Shown in pieces: positions 49,851 to 64,000 of a stretch of 64,000 bases of DNA. Source of the stretch: the human T2T-CHM13v2.0 reference genome, Homo sapiens; the NCBI RefSeq assembly GCF_009914755.1, contig NC_060945.1; one strand, written 5' to 3'. The first letter of the stretch is position 1. Each line of letters starts with the position of its first letter. The position numbers and the translations under genes were made by a program. The notes beneath the pieces are model-generated. The model ran no database searches and was not told where the DNA came from. It was given only the letters and a program-made list of their open reading frames with translations.

Positions 49851-51404
49851 CCTCTTTTGCCTTTTACCTCCTAGGATTGTCGAGTGTTAGCAAATCCGCA
49901 GGCAAAATTCATATTCTTCTTCAGCGACTTTCATTGTATGGCCTAGACATGGCAGAAAAACCAGAATGAGTTTCTGTGTATGGGTGACAGGGTGGGAATT
50001 TGAGCTTACTCTCCTATGGCCTAGCTGTGCATCATCCTTGAAAGCCATTGAATGACATCTGGCAAAATCCCAGGAGGCACCTCCAACCTCCTGTGACTTT
50101 ACAAAAGGCCTAGTCTAGGTTCCTGATTGCCTTACAACTTTCCTGTGAATCTGATGAGGAGGAAGCGTGAAATACACTTGGCTAGAATGGAGACCGTGAG
50201 TCCCAAGTCAGGCCTCCAGTCACTGCCCTTCCATCTTATGCCACACACCTTCCGAGGGGCGAAGGAAAACATGAGTAGAATTAGTATATTTTGGTCTCAC
50301 AGATATTTGTGAGCATCACGAAGCCATTCCCCTAATTGCTCTTGGTTGAGAGATTACAACAGCCCTTGCTGCAAAACTCCCCCACAACCTAACCTTTCAG
50401 AGTCCAATCTTGCAAAGCTAACTCAGGGAGAGCTTTGCTTAAATTACTGGGCTAGTATTATGTGAGTGTGAAGTTGCCAAGGAAAATGAGTCAGACACTA
50501 ATCCCTTTGCTAGGAGATGAGAGAAAAAAAAAAAAAGGCTGGCAGACCTTTACTATTTTAATTACCTGCTTCCAGAACAATAAAAGAGAATTCAGATCTT
50601 CCACTTAACAGTCGTGCCCTTCTTATATTCCCGTAAAGTACCTGCACTATTTCCTTAAGATGTAAGCCTTGGGCTTTTTTCCTTTCAACTGTGTTCAAGC
50701 TATAGTTCCGACCATTCGATTTTGGACAAAAATAAGAATTAAAATTTCCTTTGCTGGTTTTAGTTACAAATATTGGAACCAATGAACATTTAAACCTTGT
50801 TTCTTTCTTGAAAGATTTTTCAGAGTTTTAAAATGCTTCCTGGGAATGATGACTAAAGGTAATGTGGGATCCTGGATGAGATCCTGGGACAAAAAAAAGG
50901 ACAATGGGTGAAATCTAAGGACATCTGAATAATGTTTGGACTTTATTTTATAATAATAATGTGTCAATACTGGTTCATTAATTGTGACAAATATACCATA
51001 CTCATGTAAGATGTTAACTCTATATAAGAACTCTCTATTATCTTCACGATTTTTCTGTAAACCTGAAACTATTGCAAAATAAGAATTTTATTTAAAAAGA
51101 GTGAATCCTGATCTCATTGATGACTCTTTGACGATTAGTTTTGTGACAGCAGCAGAGCTCCAGTAGATAATCTGGCATCACAATTTGGGCTAAACCGAGT
51201 GCCCATGAAATAGTGTCTAGGCACAACTCCAAATGAATTCTTCAGACCTCCTGGCCACAGAGAAGATTCTTTTTTTGTTTTTTTTAATGACCCAGAGACC
51301 AGGCATTTCAGAGATGGAAATGCGAAGTAATGCTTTTATGGGAAGTGGATCAAAACTGGGAAAGGAGAGGCATCACGGCATGTTGTGGGGACAAGCCTCG
51401 AGGG

Positions 51405-51407
<3 letters not shown>

Positions 51408-51448
<41 letters not shown>

Positions 51449-51503
51449 TGTCTCACTGGGCTTTTGTTGTTCTTTCTTCTTTTCTTTCTTCCCTCCCTCC
51501 TTC

Positions 51504-51574
<71 letters not shown>

Positions 51575-51632
51575 TCCTCTTTCTTTCTTTTTCCTCTCTT
51601 CCTTTCTCTCTCTCTTTCTTTCTTTCCTTTTT
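51408..51632. repeat. (TG)n followed by a long (TTTC)n tract forming the tail of the Alu at 51632-51894
   Basis: Direct reading. Confidence 0.93.
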
Positions 51633-52381
51633 TGAGACAAGGTCTTGCTCTGTCACCCAGGCTGGAGTGCAGTGGCTCACTGTCACCTTGAACTTCTGGG
51701 CTCAGGCAAGCCTCCCAACCTCAGCCTCCTGAGTAGCTAGGACTATAGGTGCGTACCACTGGCTAATGTTTAAAATTTTTTGTAGAGACACAGACTCACT
51801 GTAGTGCTCAGGCTGATCTACAACTTCTGGCCTCAAGAGATCTTCCCACCGCCCAAAGTGTGGGGATTACAGGCATGAGCCACCGCGCCTGCCCCCATTG
51901 TGTTTTCTTATTCTCCAATCTGGACCCCATTCGCCTCATGCTGCTTATGTTGCCCTCTGTGTTTGGGGATGATTTCTGTTTCTTGTCCACTAAGAAACTA
52001 CCTTCATCTCTGATACTGTCTTCAAATCTCTCCTCTTTCATGACATTTTATTATGCTGGGGGAATAGGTGACAGTTCTTGTTTGACTCAAACCTACTTTT
52101 CTTAGAGTGCAACATCAGTCTATTGTAAGATAAATTAAAAAAAAAAAAGAGCTTTTGTAAGCCAATCTGTTATCACACAGAGCCTAGTACCTAGTCGTGT
52201 TAGATTTTTAAGCCACTCCAAAAAACCAGACTTTTGCTGTAATCATTCTATTGCAACCATTCTCATCAGGTTCCCAGTGAATCCCACCACCCCCATACCA
52301 AATCCAGTGATTAATTTCCTGGTCTCATTTTGTTTGACTTCCCACAAGCATCTGACTTAGTTGCCTCCCCCTTCTTTTTGA

Positions 52382-52792
<411 letters not shown>

Positions 52793-52805
52793 CTGATCTT
52801 CTTAC

Positions 52806-52886
52806 CTGTTATTGTTGCATGTCCCCAGCTCAGTGCATGGCTGTCTTCTGTATGTGCGTCCACTCTCTTGGTGCCTGCATGCTGTC
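52806..52886 (-). other. EPCIP: Candidate EPCIP 5'UTR exon exonised from L2 sequence (alternative acceptor at 52905)
   Basis: Acceptor tttaacttcacag|G and strong donor CAG|GTAAGA, inside a degenerate L2 fragment. Confidence 0.55.
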
Positions 52887-53261
52887 CTGTGAAGTTAAAT
52901 ACCACCTAGATGCTGATGGTGAACTGAGATACGTCTCTAGCTCCTGACTGCATCATGCTCACATGTCCCACATTGTATCTGATAGCTCTTTCTGAATGTC
53001 TAGTAGACATCTCCAACTTAACATGCCAAATACACAGCTCCTGATTCCCAAGAAAGTTCAGACTCCTATGAGAAATGTTACTGTACCAGTAATTCACTGT
53101 TCCTCAGCCCTGTGTTCCCAAGGCTAAGCTAGCTAAATACAGCAAATTGTCATTGATAAAGAGGCAACATACTATAATATATAAAATGTGATACATGTAT
53201 GTTGTATACTGAAAATTGAATGAAATCAGGAACTATCCATATTTTTATTCACTAATAGTAA

Positions 53262-53663
<402 letters not shown>

Positions 53664-53918
53664 CCATTTTCATATCAGGAAATGATACATGGGTACTCAG
53701 GGAGGTTAAATAACTTGTCCAAGGTCACAGAACTAGTTAATAATGGCTAAAATTTGAACCCAGACAGCCAACTATACTCTGAAGAGTCATGGTGGAAATT
53801 ACAGCGCTATTTCCTACCCCAGGGTCTTGGGCCTATTCAAGTGAGATTCCATGCATTGTATTCTATTACTAGATGCTGTAGCCTTTAACCTATATGTGTA
53901 TAGAACCCTCATGCTAAA

Positions 53919-54270
53919 TGCTATGATTTGAATGTGTTTCCTAAAGTTCACGTGTTGGAAACTTAATCCCCAGTGCAACAGTGTTGAGAAGTGGGAGCTT
54001 TAAGGGGTGACCTTTAAGAGGGCGGTGCCCTCATGAATGGATTAATGCTGTTATTGAGGAGTGGGTTGGTCACCATGGGAATAGGTTTCAAATAAAAGGA
54101 TGAATTTGACCCCCTTTCTCTCTGTCTCTCTTATGTGTGTGCACATGTTCTCTTGCCCTTTCACCTTCCACCATGGAATGAAACAGCAAGAATGCCCTTG
54201 CCAGATGCAGGCCCCTTGACCTTGGAATTCCCAGTCTCCAGAACCATAAGAAAGAAATTTCTGTTCTTAA
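53919..54270 (+). mobile_element. MST/MLT1A-type MaLR LTR (3' truncated)
   Basis: tgctatgatttgaatgtg...ccagaaccataagaaag. Confidence 0.78.
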
Positions 54271-55823
54271 GTTCATAATCAGAATAGAGGACAATATGAG
54301 CAGAGTGCTGCTTCTGCTAACATAGGTATGGAATGTGGGACAAAGAATTCTCAGAGAGTGAGCCACTGGGAAGTCCTAACTAAAATATGTGGCTACCGTA
54401 CTTTTCTACTTGACACAGTCCTTGAGAGAGTGAATTAGGCAATGAGTGCAAATCCTTCAGGCTTTCCCCTTGAGTGACTTGGTAGACACTCAGTTAATTG
54501 CATCACTGGGGTTCACATCCACAGCTTTGCACAGCTGCCCCTTGGTCCCACGCCCACAGAACTGTGAGGCCTGCCTGTTCTTCCCACTGGGGCCTATTGA
54601 CCTATTAGCTCCCACAGACACAGACACAAGCCACTGGGCACTGAATTTTAAAAGCTGATAATGTGGCAGCTTTAAGCAGTGAAAAATATTAGTGTGGAAA
54701 AGAAAGATGAGAAATCCAAGTCAGCTCTTGAAAAGCACTCATTTCCATAAATACTTTATTGAAACTGTTATTTTCAGAAAATGCCCAATTTCTGTCAGAA
54801 AAAAAAGTAATGAAAAGTCTTTTTTTTTCCTTCCAAACATATTGCATTATTTAGACTAAAAAAAAGCAAAAAACTTCTCAAGGATGGCTCTTTTCGGTAA
54901 AAAATTTTCAAACAAATGAAGTCTTTTTTTTGGTATTTTTTAAGGGTGGGTTTTTTATAAATATTATGCACAATGTTTTTGAAACATTTCCTGTCCTCAG
55001 TATACACCAACATACTTTTTGCTAAAAGCTTTCCAAAAATATGCTTATTAAACAAAGAAATAAATGCAAGACTGTATATGTTCTACTCATTTTGAATTAA
55101 AACATTCCCCTCTTCATCTTGCCTTTTGCTACATTATTTATCATGCTTTTTCACTTTTGAATAAAAGACCAATTTTTTAAAAACACGAACTATCCAATCC
55201 AAATGTTAATGCTCATCTTAGCTTACTTTCTTTTCTTTGTTTTCTAATCAGCAAACTCTATAAAGCCTGGTGTGTAAATAGGCAGTAAATATAATATTAT
55301 TAAAAGATAAAACAGAGCAAAGAAACAGTATCAGCCGGTGTTTTGGGAGTTCTCACTTTTCTTTGTTTGTGATCACAATAAGGAAAAGAGATATCATATC
55401 TCTTTTCCTTAATTGTTATTTAGCATTGAAGACTAATGGAAAAGTCTAGCCAGATGTTTTAAAATAGAGACAAGATTTCAAGGAGCTATCTGTTATATTA
55501 GCTTTAAGTGAGTTTATCTTTTTAGGGTTTAAATGAGAAGACCATGTCATTCTTTGCTTAATGCACTGAAAATCTTTCATTTTAAAGGCAGAATCTCAGT
55601 AAAGAGGAATTCATATGCCTGGAAGCCTAAAAAAGTGTTTCATAGTGAAAGCCACTCATACATGTACATTATGTTCAGGAAATGCAAATGCAACAAGAAG
55701 GTGACCCTGACAATGGTTCTTCCAACCGTCACAGTTCCTGCCATGCAGCAGAAATTCTGAAGCTCTGAAAAACTGTCAGACTAGACATGCTTTTTAAAAA
55801 AGAAGAACACAGAAATTACTTAC

Positions 55824-56050
55824 ATCTGAGAGTTCCACCGTGAGGCCTCGCCTCTCCACTCCACAGACCTCTGCCTGGCCACGGATCCTTCACCCTGGCT
55901 TGACAGCTGGTTTAATCTGCAAGCCAGGGTGGAATGCGTGGTCTTGCACTTGCTGTTCTTTTCCGTCTTCGGAGGGCCAGCAGCCTGGTCATTTCCATGG
56001 CAACCAGGAGGAAGCTGCTGGCCTACCAGTCTCATTAACTACACGCAGGA
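55824..56050 (-). other. EPCIP: Probable EPCIP non-coding exon 1 (TSS approximate)
   Basis: Strong donor GAT|GTAAGT at 55824/55823, in a locally GC-richer, repeat-free block containing an X-box. Confidence 0.65.
55991..56004 (-). promoter_or_regulatory. RFX X-box-like motif GTTGCCATGGAAAT
   Basis: 13/14 match to GTTNCCATGGNAAC, next to the inferred EPCIP TSS. Confidence 0.55.
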
Positions 56051-56459
56051 GAGAACCTGCCTTGGTGACTGCTGACCACTCTTTTGGGGTTCTAAACTGG
56101 GAAGTTTCTAGAAGAAACTGAGGAGACTGTTGCTGTAGGCTGATCCCAAAGGATTGACACAAATGGAAGAAATTCTACTTTAGCAGGAAATTGAATGGAT
56201 TAAATGTAGAGTACGGAGACTCCTTGATACTTTTACTTTCATGATTTATTCCACCTTTTTTGGTCTGATGAATTGTTACTTATGGTAAATGCCTGCACTA
56301 CTGTATAAAGTGTCCTATCGTAGTTGTTCCAAAGAAAAAAAACTCATTTGAACTCCAAAGATAGACATTATTCTCTGTCTTTTTTAAAATTCATTTAAAA
56401 AAATATTAGAAGCCACAAAACCAATAAATAGGTAACAATTATTCTATGTACATTAACTG

Positions 56460-56778
56460 ATAGTCCATGTGGGCTTCTATAACAAAATACCATTAGTTGG
56501 GTAACTTACAAACAACATATTTATTTCTGTAGGCTGGGAAGGCCAAGATCAAGGCAGATTTGTTTTCTGGTGAGGGTCTGCTTCCTGGTTCATAGATGGC
56601 ACCTTCTAGCTGAGTCCTCACATGGTGGAAGGGAAACTGTGGTTTCTTCAGCTTCTTACAAGGGCACTAATCCCATTCATAAGGGCTCCACCCTCATGAC
56701 CTAATCACATTCCAACATCTCCACCTCCTATGCTATCACATTAAGGATTAGGTTTCAATATATGTATTTTAAGGGAAG
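56460..56778 (-). mobile_element. MLT1A-type MaLR LTR
   Basis: tagtccat...aacaaaataccat...ggattaggtttcaatatatg. Confidence 0.78.
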
Positions 56779-56839
56779 ATAAATACCTGGGCCTTAACAA
56801 CTGATGAAGTCTCACTAAATATGGGAAAAAAAGATAAGG

Positions 56840-57364
56840 CAGGGGTCCCCGATCTCCAGGCCACGGACTGGTACCAGTCCATGCTACAGTAGGAGTTGAG
56901 CAGTGGGTGAGCAAGAGAAGAAGCTTCATCTGTATTTACAGCCGCTCCCTATCAATCACATTACCACCTGAGCTCTGCCTTCTGTCAGATCAGCAGTGGC
57001 ATTAGATTCTCATAGGATTGAATTGAGAATGCTATTCTATTGTGAACTATTGTGAACTGTGTATGCGAGGGATCTAGGTTGCATGCTCCATATGAGAATC
57101 TAATGCCTGATGATCTGTCACTGTCTCCCATCACCCCTAGATGGGACAGTCTAGTTGCAAGAAAACAAGCTCAGGGCTCTCACTGATTCTACATTATGGT
57201 GAGTGGTATAAGTATTTCATTATATATTATAATGCAATAATAATACAAAGTGCACAATAAATGTAATCGCTTGAATCATCCCCAAACCACCTCCTACCCC
57301 TGCCTGTCTGTGGAAAAATTATCTTCCATGAAACTGGTCTCTAGTGCCAAGAAGGGGACTGCTG
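56840..57364 (+). mobile_element. MER1A hAT-Charlie element with 8-bp TSD agataa(g/a)g
   Basis: caggggtcccc...ggggactgctg; flanks agataagg (56832-56839) and agataaag (57365-57372). Confidence 0.9.
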
Positions 57365-58949
57365 AGATAAAGAAAAATCTTGCTAATTAAAAGCACTAGG
57401 AGTCTGGAGCAATTGATTTGTAATTACCCAGATACAGATTCTCCAATATGTTAAAGAAGAGAGCACCTCAGTAGGGAAATTTATTCATTCATTTATTTAT
57501 TATTCATCTACTGAATCCTTACCACACACATGCACTGTGCCAGGAGATTTAAGGGGCACAGAGATCAATGTCATGGTTCTTGTCTTTAAGGAAGTTATAC
57601 TATAGGAGGGGCAATTATGTAAGTTGCATCTGGGAAATGTTTGAAGGGAGATACAGACACAATGCAGGGGAATCCCAGTGAAGGTCGGCCTTTGCCAGGG
57701 AGACTGGTGAAGTCCTTGGGGAGAGGTAGTTTTGGATCTAGGCCTTAAGGGATGGCTGAGATCTGCATGGTCAGATGTGGGGGAAAGGACAACGATCTCT
57801 CATGGAGTGATTATTTGATGAACTGCGGATCCAAGCTGATGGATATATCCTTCCTCCTTTCTGCACCCAGAGAGCCTGGCACAAATGGCTTCTCGGTGGC
57901 CCACAGGATAAAGGAACTCAAGTAATTAAGAAAATTGCTGGAGCAAAGGTTTGGAGGTGGAAGAGTCCCAGGCCTATTCAGCCATTTGGAAAGCCAGTGA
58001 ATCACAGCCAGAATAAAGGGAATTGAGAATAGAGAGAGGCTGCTATTGTTGGGTGATCAGTTTCAGCAAAGCACATATATGAATTCTACCATGTAAGAAT
58101 AGCAAAGTGGATCTTGGTTCAAACCTTGAGTCTGTTACCTTCTTGCACATTATTTAAACTTTATAAGCCTCAGTTTCCTTATCTATAAAGTGGGTATAAT
58201 AATACTTTGTTGAAAGGTAGAGCTGAGGAAAAAATGAGATAATATATGTGCACTGGATGCCTGAAGATGAGGGAGGGAAAGGCTGGCCAACAATACACCG
58301 AATACCCCAACTTTCCAGAGCAACTGTGGCTAATCCAATGGTTTGGCGTACTCAACCTCTATTTCAACATCTTTCTGTCTTGCCTGCCTCTACTGTAGAG
58401 ACTGGAAATCTCTATTATTCAACACAACAGAGTCTCTTGAAGCTGAGGTTTCAGATGGGATTTAAGTTTTATTATTTATACTTGATTCAGAATGAAGTCA
58501 CGTGGAGAGAGGATCCTGAGACTTTGGGAATGAATTAAGTGAGAAGAGAGAGGAGAGTACTGGGAATCTCTTGCTGGCCAGGGTCTCAGCAGATATGGCA
58601 TGGTCTGTTGTGGGGGTGGCCTTCTGACTGAGTTGTTGACTGGTTGTGGCCAATATGGCATGGCTCAAGAGCTGAGGACTGTGGCACTAACTTCCTGTTG
58701 GAGAATGTGGCCTCTTAATTCAGCAACTTCCTGGTTGTGGATGAGGTAGTAGCTCCCCATGATGGTTCAATTCTATGGTGACTTTCAGAGTTCAGTCTAG
58801 AATCCATTTCTTCAGTCCTTCCAATGACTCAAGGCAGTATCTGTATATCTGAAGAAATTCCTGGTTTAAACCAGCTAGAGTAGACTCTGTTGCCTGTAAC
58901 CAAGAACCCTGAATTATATACTAGTGCCTTAATTCTGTCCAATACAAGG

Positions 58950-59348
58950 TGACAGAGTTTGGATATATGTCCCCGCCCAAATATCATGTGGAATTGTAAT
59001 CCCCAATGTTGGAGGTGGGGCCTGGTGGGAGATGATTGGATCATGAGGGTGGATTTCTCATGAATGCTTGATGCTGTCCTCACGATAGTGAGTTCTCATG
59101 AGATCTGGTTGTTTAAAAGTGTGTGGCACTTCCCCACACCTACTCCTGCTTTCCCCATGGGACACACCTGCTCCCCATTCACCTTCTCCACGATTGTAAG
59201 TTTCCTGAGGCCTCTTCAGAAGCCAAGCAGATGCTGCTATGCTTCCTGTACAGCCCACACAACCATGAGACAATTAAACCTCTTTTCTTTATAAATTACC
59301 CGGTCTCAGGTATTTCTTTATAGCAAGGCGAGAATGGCCTACTATACA
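58950..59348 (+). mobile_element. MSTA MaLR solo LTR
   Basis: gtttggatatatgtccccgcccaaat...attaaacctcttttc. Confidence 0.85.
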
Positions 59349-59996
59349 AGGTAAGTGGAAGTTTGCTGGTACTGTCTCTTCTACTTCTTTATTTTAATGA
59401 CTAAGATAAACAGCATAAGGTATTTAGTGTAAACTGAGCACAAATAAGGCAGCCAGTAATGGTAGCTACTATATTGATTACTCTTTGTGACTTTCTCTAT
59501 TTATGACTCGGATGCCTTCCAGGACCTCTTGCTTAGTGGGGTTCCTGGCTGAAGGCAAAGAGTGTGAAGAGCCAGGTACTTCCCTGGAAACTTGAAGGCC
59601 AAACATGCAGCTGCTGATGGAATGTGGCTGGGGCCCTGTGTATGGCATGTTAAACATTTACCCCAGGTTTTATATCTCCCTGTCTTTTTAAAGCATTTAC
59701 TTCCACTGGCTCTTTGTGTTAACCGGTCACATAGTTTAAGTTGATTTAGCAGCAATGAGTATTGGGAAGGTTAATAAAACCACACCTCAGACTGCCTGTT
59801 TTGTTCAGCTGTGGAGCCAACGGGTGGTGGACAAGTGTTTGTTCACAATGAGATGGAATTCTAGCTTTGTCCTTGACCAATTTTGTTTTCTTTCTCCGTT
59901 TTATTTTTTATCATAAAAGCAATGCAGTTTTTCTGATAGCACATTCAGATAATATCCAATGTATTAAGCAAAAGTGAAAATCCACACCCCCCTCTA

Positions 59997-60449
<453 letters not shown>

Positions 60450-62515
60450 TCATCTGGATTCTCTACCACCCCCTACTTAACTGCCTCCAAATCACTACCA
60501 GTGTCTTCTATAAGTGTTTCTTCCATCTGGGGCAGGAGTCATCTCAGGGTCTCTCTTTCCTTCCCAACTTCCCTTCCCCTTCCTTCTTTGGCAACTTTAA
60601 CATCTGTATTCTCAGCTCACTGCAGGCCGTCAGCACTCATGTCCTCACCTCATGGCCTTGCTGGGCCCCAGAGCTTGTGCAGGGCTCTATGTGTGTTCCT
60701 TCTCCCTGCTCCATCCTCACAGTGTCTCTAGATATCAGCGCCTCTGGCTTTACCTCTTCCATCCACCCTCAGCTCCCTGCCCTGCTGCATCCACACTGCC
60801 CTGACCCCTACCGAGGTGACCCCTACCTATGACCTTTGCCCTCTGCAAAGTCCACTCTGGGTCCTCTCATGGTCTGCTTCCTCAGCATCCACTTTAGGGT
60901 ACAGGCACTCATGGAGAAAATGCAGAGAACTAAGAATTCCTAATGCTTGGTTTCCTGAGAACCCCTGATGTGATCCCGGAAGTCTTCCAGCGGTTCTGGC
61001 CCAGTGGCTGCAATAACTCTTCTCCACTTGTGTCAGATACTCACTGCTGTCACAGCATCCCTGGCCTCGTGAGAAGGCCTTGCATCTGAGAGGAGCCAGG
61101 AATCGTACCAGGGCTTTCTTACCATCCTGCTCACACCTATATACTCCTTAGAACATGAACATCTTGGATCAGACACCTCGTAAGCACTGCCTCAGCTCCT
61201 TTCAGCCACACCTGTCTTTGATTCCAGCCGCCACTGTAGTGACAGTTCTGCCATGAGCCTGACCAGCTGCATGTAGAACTAACTTGCAAGCACCTCTCAC
61301 CTCCCATCCGAAGCCTTCTCTGTCATCTCTGCAGCCTGGGACAGACACTGCAAACACTCCTTAGTAGTCTCATGAATGCAACCTGAAGTTCCGGGGACTT
61401 AATGCCTCCATGGAGTGATCCTTTGACCAATGGGGGATTCCTCCTTTCTCAATCCAGGCAGACAGTCCTGAGATGCGTGCCTTGTGGCTTCTCAGGTGGT
61501 TCACAGAATCAAGCAGTAACTTACCTTGCGCTGCCCCTCACCGCTTCCCTCTCCCTCACTCTTGCTTCTAGGGATAGCAGTTCCCAATACAGTGCTTGCA
61601 TATATGTATATATATGCTTTTCTGATGTTCTACTCTCTGGGAAAATCAGGCTAAGCCACATTCTTTCTTCTTTCCAGATTCTAAAATAAATTCTTCTACC
61701 TGTGAGCTAAAAGCAGCCCTTCCCAACTCCTGCGTTTCTTCTCTAGTGATGGCCTCATCTCTTCCAATAAGTAGAATCTTGATCTTGATAGTTTTAAGAA
61801 ATGTATCCTTAGAGCTTCGAAAATCCCTCTTTTCAGAGTACCCCTCATATGGAATTACCTCCATAAAATGATGGGAAGAATACCTGAAGCATCGAAGTGA
61901 TATCTTCAGTCCCTTAGATGGTTTTTAAAGAACTAAAGTAGTCATCATACATCATCTTAGTGGCGACATTACCCATGGGCTTATCTGAATCTACAAAGCA
62001 GCGGAGTCCCTCTCACTTCATGATAGTTACAGCACATACGATTAGCAGAGAATAACAAAGGCATGATATGATACAGATGTTGGGCAGCTAGCGAGGCATG
62101 CTCTCCAAATAAGTGACTCACTCTTGTGCGGCAGTTCCTCAGCGGATGTGATTCCAGTGTGTGCCTTGGCAAAATTTAGAAATTACAACATGGTTTGGCC
62201 CATAGAGGTTGATGACAAATGGTAAGAACCATAGAGATTAAAGCATAAATATCAGGAATATCCTGTACTTTCTATCTCTTAATCCCTGCTGTCTGTTCTT
62301 TGGACTTCAGATGTGCAAGGCCTCCTCATTCTGAAATGCAGAAAGTGTCACTTGACTCTGTAGTGCCACTTAGGTGTCATTTCACTGTTGCACAGATCTA
62401 CTGGAACTTCACTCTCCAAGTCCTCTCACAACTTGCTTGGCCTTACTGTACTTCTCTTATTTGTGGCACCTGACTATTAGCCAACCTTTCCTTGGTCTTC
62501 CACTGTCATGCATGA

Positions 62516-63781
<1,266 letters not shown>

Positions 63782-64000
63782 AGCAATAAATAACAACTTC
63801 TCTCAACTTAATTTAGAGAGCTAATTCAATAGTGATTTTAAAAATCCAATGGAAATTGATACAAATATCGAAGGAGTTGATACAAGTATTCTGAAGTTCA
63901 ATGAGATAATAAAGAAAATATTCAAAATATGAAGAATAATAAGGGGGGATTAGTCATTTGACTTATTAAAACAAAATGATACTTTGGTAGGTTGATGTGG

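Overview
Human (primate) genomic DNA that I recognise as chromosome 21q22.11. It contains three transcription units. (1) The 5' part of PAXBP1 (GCFC1) on the minus strand: coding exons 1-7 splice in frame to 461 codons and the gene continues off the left edge. (2) A CpG-island bidirectional promoter at about 13.4-14.5 kb that also drives the plus-strand antisense gene C21orf62-AS1/C21orf49, whose spliced 79-codon ORF can be reconstructed. (3) EPCIP/C21orf62 on the minus strand, with one 219-codon coding exon and 5'UTR exons about 16-19 kb upstream. The rest is Alu, L1/L2/MIR, MaLR/ERV1 LTRs and DNA transposons. The most unusual signals are: (a) a composite 'Pack'-like hAT element (MER1 ends, own 8-bp TSD) at 18.5-19.6 kb that captured about 0.5 kb of EPCIP-upstream DNA from 38 kb away; (b) an apparently spliced, polyadenylated MER41 ERV RNA retrocopy (R-U5-PBS-short internal-PPT-U3-R-A tail) at 31.9-33.0 kb that probably supplies EPCIP's distal poly(A) site; (c) an AG|GTGAGT recursive-splice-type junction at the EPCIP coding exon; (d) candidate micro/poison exons in PAXBP1 intron 7; (e) several short locally templated insertions. 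Repeat family names come from memory of consensus sequences, not from a search, and repeat boundaries are approximate.
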